A DNA stretch of 64,000 nt from Oopsacas minuta (lineage: Eukaryota; Animalia; Porifera): NCBI GenBank assembly GCA_024704765.1, contig JAKMXF010000309.1, positions 349,887 to 413,886 on the forward strand, read 5' to 3'. Each line of letters begins with the position of its first letter. The stretch's first letter is position 1. The translations under genes and the position numbers were made by a program. Of the stretch, positions 59,627 to 64,000 are shown one piece after another. The notes under the pieces are model-generated. The model was not told the origin of the DNA. It saw only the letters and a list, made by a program, of their open reading frames with translations, and did not search any database.

Positions 59627-60898
59627 TCAGTCGTCTTCCTCCAATGCTTGGAAATGACTGTACGTGTATACTACCTTAGATTTACGTTTCATAAGCATGT
59701 ATACGATACCTACAGTCACCAGTACAGTCACGATAACCGTTAGAATCAGGACTAATAATACGCCTATGATTATACCGGCTAGCTTCCCAGCGTTAGAGTT
59801 GCCTGTAGCTGTTTGGTTAAGGCTGGGAGATACATTGGTTATGACGTGTGTATAGGAATTAGTATGTGAATGTACAGGAGTAGTAGAATATGTAGTCACT
59901 GTCTTAGAGGGTTCTGTCTGTTGTGTAGTGCAGTAAGGATTCACTGGCGGACCCGTGTATCCAGGACAACCAGACTTGTCAATTGGAATTCTCTGCTGTG
60001 GTAATATAGGAATTGATTGTGACAGAAATATCAAATTAACTCCGAACAGAATGCTATAGTCGTCTGGGTCTTCTAAGGTTACATGAACTTGTGGATTACC
60101 TGGGATAGAGAATGGAGGTAAGAATGTCGTGTTTTTAGTTATATTCTTAGAATAATGTTGGTCATTATTGTGATCATCAAACTTGGCTAGAATTGTAGGA
60201 GGAGATTGACAAGGCTCTATGATATATGATGACGTAATATTAGCAATTAAAGGTATAGCACTAGGAGAGTTGCAGTTTATTGTCAAACAGTTTAAAGTTG
60301 ATTGACATAGATTATTAGTCTTTGCTACCATATTGTGTATAGCTACACAGGTCTCCATACAAGAATAGGTTACATGACCATGAGTAGTGTAATGAGGGGT
60401 AGGTGGTGACGTCACTACGTGTCCATTCATACAGGTAATGTTATCCAATGGAAAGCTTGTCTCTGGTACAAGAGTATAGGGATCTAATCCAGGTACGACT
60501 AGTTGTACGGAGAATGTTAATGTAGTATTATCGCTATTATCAAGTACAACAGCTAACTGAGGATTCCCGATGGCAGTAGTATAAGGAATATCTACTGACT
60601 CATTGTGTGTAAACTCATGAGAGTATTCATTACCTGAAATGGAACCGTTTACTAGAATAGCGGCTGGATGTTTGCATGGTTCTACGATTATATGAAATTC
60701 TGAGTTCTCTGGTAGTACTGGCACTGTTGGCTTGCAATTCAAAGAGAAGCAACTTTGATCGACCGAGCATTGAACAAAATTACCTGCGTTATCCGTGTTT
60801 GCTATGGACTGTAGTTTTTGGCATCTTTCGTTTTGAGCTGAGTGGGTAGCGTACACTGTTATTATCGCATAGGAGAGCAGGAGAACTATTGCTTTCAT
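59627..60898 (-). CDS. Unknown type I membrane glycoprotein with two tandem 6-Cys domains
   Basis: Signal peptide, two ~135-aa repeats, S/T-rich stalk, TM helix, tail KRKSKVVYTYSHFQALEEDD. Confidence 0.8.
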   Translation of the reverse strand: MKAIVLLLSYAIITVYATHSAQNERCQKLQSIANTDNAGNFVQCSVDQSCFSLNCKPTVPVLPENSEFHIIVEPCKHPAAILVNGSISGNEYSHEFTHNESVDIPYTTAIGNPQLAVVLDNSDNTTLTFSVQLVVPGLDPYTLVPETSFPLDNITCMNGHVVTSPPTPHYTTHGHVTYSCMETCVAIHNMVAKTNNLCQSTLNCLTINCNSPSAIPLIANITSSYIIEPCQSPPTILAKFDDHNNDQHYSKNITKNTTFLPPFSIPGNPQVHVTLEDPDDYSILFGVNLIFLSQSIPILPQQRIPIDKSGCPGYTGPPVNPYCTTQQTEPSKTVTTYSTTPVHSHTNSYTHVITNVSPSLNQTATGNSNAGKLAGIIIGVLLVLILTVIVTVLVTVGIVYMLMKRKSKVVYTYSHFQALEEDD

Positions 60899-61177
60899 TC
60901 TTAACTAATTAATGGATTTTGGTAAAAAAAATTGATTATCGACAATTTGTAGCAAAGATAAGTTTCTTTCTATTATTGCAGCTTATCTCGACAGATAGGA
61001 TAGAGTAAACTTCTTAAAAATGGAAATAGATTAGTTTGATATTTCTTAGTTGTATAGTTAATTGTTTGCCTTTATAGGCACACTTTCTTAAATTCTCTAC
61101 AAAAGTAATTATACTATTTTGTCAATGTAATAGTATCACAAGATTTCATAATATTAATTAATTAATTATCCAAAATA

Positions 61178-62008
61178 TTAATAACAATAATACGCAAAAA
61201 TTACAATTCTCCCATTGTACGTATCACTGACTATATTCATAGAGCCTTTACTATCTAGTTGTATGTCCAAAGGATTATCAAACTGAAACATATGTCTTTG
61301 CTTATGAGAAATTGGAAATATTTGTTTTCCACTTCTCGAAAATACAATTATTGAGTTGAGAGAGGTTGGACATAAAATAAAATTACCTTTCGCGTCGATT
61401 ACAAATCTGTTTAGACTCTCACTGCTCCAAGAATCTATTTTCTCTAAAGTAATATTTCCTAAGATATTGCCGTCTTCTTGAAAGTAAGTAATGTTTGTTG
61501 TTTTGTCGAGGACGAAAACTATTTCTTGTTGGTTAACACGAACACATAAAGGCTGTACTAACTTACCTTTCCCCAATGTTAGTGTATAAGGCAATTGAGA
61601 AGATAAGATTATTACTTTGTTTGAAAATATGCAAGTTATGTATAGATTTGAGGTTGTAATAGAATAGCAGAGAGACCAGGGATTCTCTAATAGATCCATT
61701 TCTGTAATATACTCACCATCAATAGTGAATAATATAATTGCATTTCTCCTATAATCAGCTACACAAACCACAGAGCCGATCAAGCTAATTGATGTCGGAT
61801 AACAGAACCTCCCAGATCCTGTGCCATATCTACCAAACGAGTAAATACAATCTTTTGTATTTATATTTATAACTTTACAAACAGGATCTCCACTCCTCTC
61901 AATTGCTATTATTGAGTTAGTTTCTTCAAACAAACATACTGCCCCAGGGCAATCGAGCGAGTCAGTTATTTTACTCTTTTCTGAGATACAAACTGTGTGT
62001 ACAGTCAT
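61178..62008 (-). CDS. NHL-repeat beta-propeller protein
   Basis: FGRYGTGSGRFCYPTSISL..VCVADY, LGKGKLVQPLCVRV, FDNPLDIQLD NHL repeats. Confidence 0.8.
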   Translation of the reverse strand: MTVHTVCISEKSKITDSLDCPGAVCLFEETNSIIAIERSGDPVCKVININTKDCIYSFGRYGTGSGRFCYPTSISLIGSVVCVADYRRNAIILFTIDGEYITEMDLLENPWSLCYSITTSNLYITCIFSNKVIILSSQLPYTLTLGKGKLVQPLCVRVNQQEIVFVLDKTTNITYFQEDGNILGNITLEKIDSWSSESLNRFVIDAKGNFILCPTSLNSIIVFSRSGKQIFPISHKQRHMFQFDNPLDIQLDSKGSMNIVSDTYNGRIVIFAYYCY

Positions 62009-62053
62009 AACTAATTTTATTATTTGGTATTTTATATGAGCTTATATTTAGCT

Positions 62054-62754
62054 ATGAATGCGATAGCAGATACACCGATAAACTCTGCTCATGTACATTG
62101 GAGGCTCGCGGAATCTAAACTATACACAGGACAGCAAAAACAGTCTCTGTGTGAGTTTAATACTGTCATAGAACTGCTGGAGAGAGCTAAGCTACACAGT
62201 CAGGACGGACAATCAATTTGTTGTATTAATAAACAGATTGAGTTTCATAAACGGAGAATTCATTTACTTGCAAGTTTCCACACGAATGCAGAGATAGATG
62301 ATAATAATTCGTTGAATGAAGATGGCTTTGAATTGTTAAAAGGAGGTTTGTTTGTTTGTTTGTTGTTAATTGTAAGTATAAATTTGCTTAATTGATTTAT
62401 ATAGTTGTTAAAGAAATTGGAGAAGATTCAATGCAAGTAATTAAAGAATTTGAACCAATGTTGGCCGCAGTTACTGTTGAGGACAAAATATTGGAAGCAA
62501 ATATTGTAGACAAACCCAATATTGATTTGGTTGAAATTAAAATAAATCCGGAAATCAGAACAGACACAATACAAACAAATATTCAATTATCAAACAATTC
62601 TCTCGGAATTGAAGATCAGCTAAAATTATATCTTGCAAGGATTGCAGAGTTAGAGAGCGAGAACAGAGCTCTAAGCGAGAGTCTGCAAAAGGAAAGGACA
62701 GAGAAATGTTTACTGATGACATCTATCAAAGATTTGACACAATTTAATAATTAG
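62054..62754 (+). CDS. NRBF2: NRBF2/Atg38-like (MIT domain plus coiled coil), 2 exons
   Basis: TPINSAHVHWRLAE..L..GQ MIT-type N-terminus; intron ~62346-62403; coiled coil ARIAELESENRAL. Confidence 0.7.
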
Positions 62755-63648
62755 AACTGTCATATTATTGCTGGGGTATTTGTATATATTGTATAGAATT
62801 GTCTTGGTCTATCCAATCTTCTTTCTATATGTATTACTGTGGTGAGATACTATAGAAAATTTTTCTCAAAACTTTCTCGAAGCCCATCATATATTTGTTT
62901 TATGAATGTTTTTACGGAAAATATATATTTCACAATCATTTACCGTTTTTTATTGATGTTATAAACTGAAATATTTGCTTGTATAAACAAAAGTATATTT
63001 CAATTCAATTCTATAGCAAATTTGACCAAAATTCCCATGAACTTGCTTCAATAAATGGGGTATGAAAAGTTAGTATTTATCAGTGTTTCACGAATAGCCC
63101 TCTTAATGACACCTTGCTCCGCTATTTGTATAAATAATTTTGTTAAAATTTCATCCTCGTAGCTTTTGGGGAGCATTGATTCCAGGCGAATATTTTTCGA
63201 AACTTCCGATTTGAAAATTTACACTATCGAATGTTTTGCAACTTTTATGTGCATAATTTATGGTTAAACCGTCTTCATTCTTGCATAAATTGGTAAAGAA
63301 ATTCTTCTAATATCTTGTTATTTTCTTCTTTGACGAACACTCATTCAAAAACACATTTTATTCTGATTTTGTATGGATGACAGTAGAATAGTTTTTTACG
63401 AGCTCATTATTCAAATGCTTATTCTCTCTCTTACAGTAATTTACATTATTCAGTTTTGATCCTCAACCTGTAGCAGACACTGGATTGACCGTTAGGCGCA
63501 ATCTTGTAAGTTTCTATCCCTCTTTGAGACGGAAAATTATGAAAGAGTAAGTGACACAGACACAAAATAGAAGCTGAATTAAATCAGCTTTGAAAATACA
63601 GAAAGCTTTGAGTATGAATACAATTCTACGAGGCGACATAGCAGCTAC

Positions 63649-63655
63649 TATAAAA
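63649..63655 (+). promoter_or_regulatory. TATA box of histone H1
   Basis: TATAAAA about 80 bp upstream of ATG 63728. Confidence 0.45.
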
Positions 63656-63727
63656 TACACTCAATACAATTCTAATGCACCATTCAACCTTGCAACTCTA
63701 CTACTTCAACTATCAACAAATTACAAA

Positions 63728-64000
63728 ATGAGTACAAAAACTCCAAAAGCACCTAAGAAAGCCACGAAATCTTCTCATCCTCCTTACAATGACATGATTG
63801 TTGCTGCCTTGAAGGCGGGTAGCCGTAAAGGCCTTTCCAAAATTGGAATCTCTAAATACATCAAAGAGAACTACTCTGTCAATGACGGTGTGCATGATTC
63901 CCAAACTAAGCAAACCCTGAAACGACTCTTGCTCTCTGGTAAACTAGTCAAAGTGAAAGGAATCGGACTCGCGGGCTCTTTCAAATTCAGCAAAAACTTC
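63728..64000 (+). CDS. Linker histone H1, truncated by the window end
   Basis: Manual translation: MSTKTPKAPKKATKSSHPPYNDMIVAAL..RKGLSKIGISKYIKENY..LKRLL.SGKLVKVKGIGLAGSFKF. Confidence 0.9.
   Translation, partial: MSTKTPKAPKKATKSSHPPYNDMIVAALKAGSRKGLSKIGISKYIKENYSVNDGVHDSQTKQTLKRLLLSGKLVKVKGIGLAGSFKFSKNF

Noticed and set aside
62850-63500. Protein-like frames on the minus strand upstream of histone H1
   Set aside because: Multiple stops and frameshifts and no recognisable motif.
1-64000. CRISPR arrays, tRNA/rRNA genes, prokaryotic or viral systems, autonomous transposases
   Set aside because: No regularly spaced repeat-spacer array, no tRNA T-loop/cloverleaf or rRNA signature, no DDE or RT ORF; genes are spliceosomal and eukaryotic.

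Overview
AT-rich, very compact animal genomic window with about 27 protein-coding loci, short introns and many MITEs. No rRNA, tRNA, CRISPR array or autonomous transposase was found. Gene content and compactness resemble a sponge, possibly a glass sponge such as Oopsacas; this is an unverified inference. Genes in order: PAR/NFIL3-type bZIP; TGFBRAP1/VPS39-like gene hosting an intronless GEN1 in one intron on the same strand; SART3; ankyrin-SOCS box gene; SDHB; unknown acidic protein; ATP6V1H; RNF41; MED13; FN3-containing transmembrane semaphorin; TMC; synaptogyrin; MPI; two convergent aquaglyceroporins; WRAP73; FEM1-like ankyrin gene; three divergent small-Maf-like bZIPs; YEATS4; NUBP2; unknown type I membrane protein; NHL-repeat protein; NRBF2; histone H1 (runs off the end). 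Main signals: (1) a YAG acceptor 0-12 nt before the ATG in 21 of 26 callable starts, long co-oriented gene runs and spacers as short as 35 bp, suggesting operons resolved by spliced-leader trans-splicing; (2) at least 21 copies of TGACGTCA where fewer than 1 is expected, mostly in CpG-poor exons; (3) aquaglyceroporins with a non-aromatic selectivity filter, candidate silicic acid channels; (4) Maf-like paralogs lacking the invariant bZIP Asn. All counts and alignments are manual, and coordinates of multi-exon genes are approximate.
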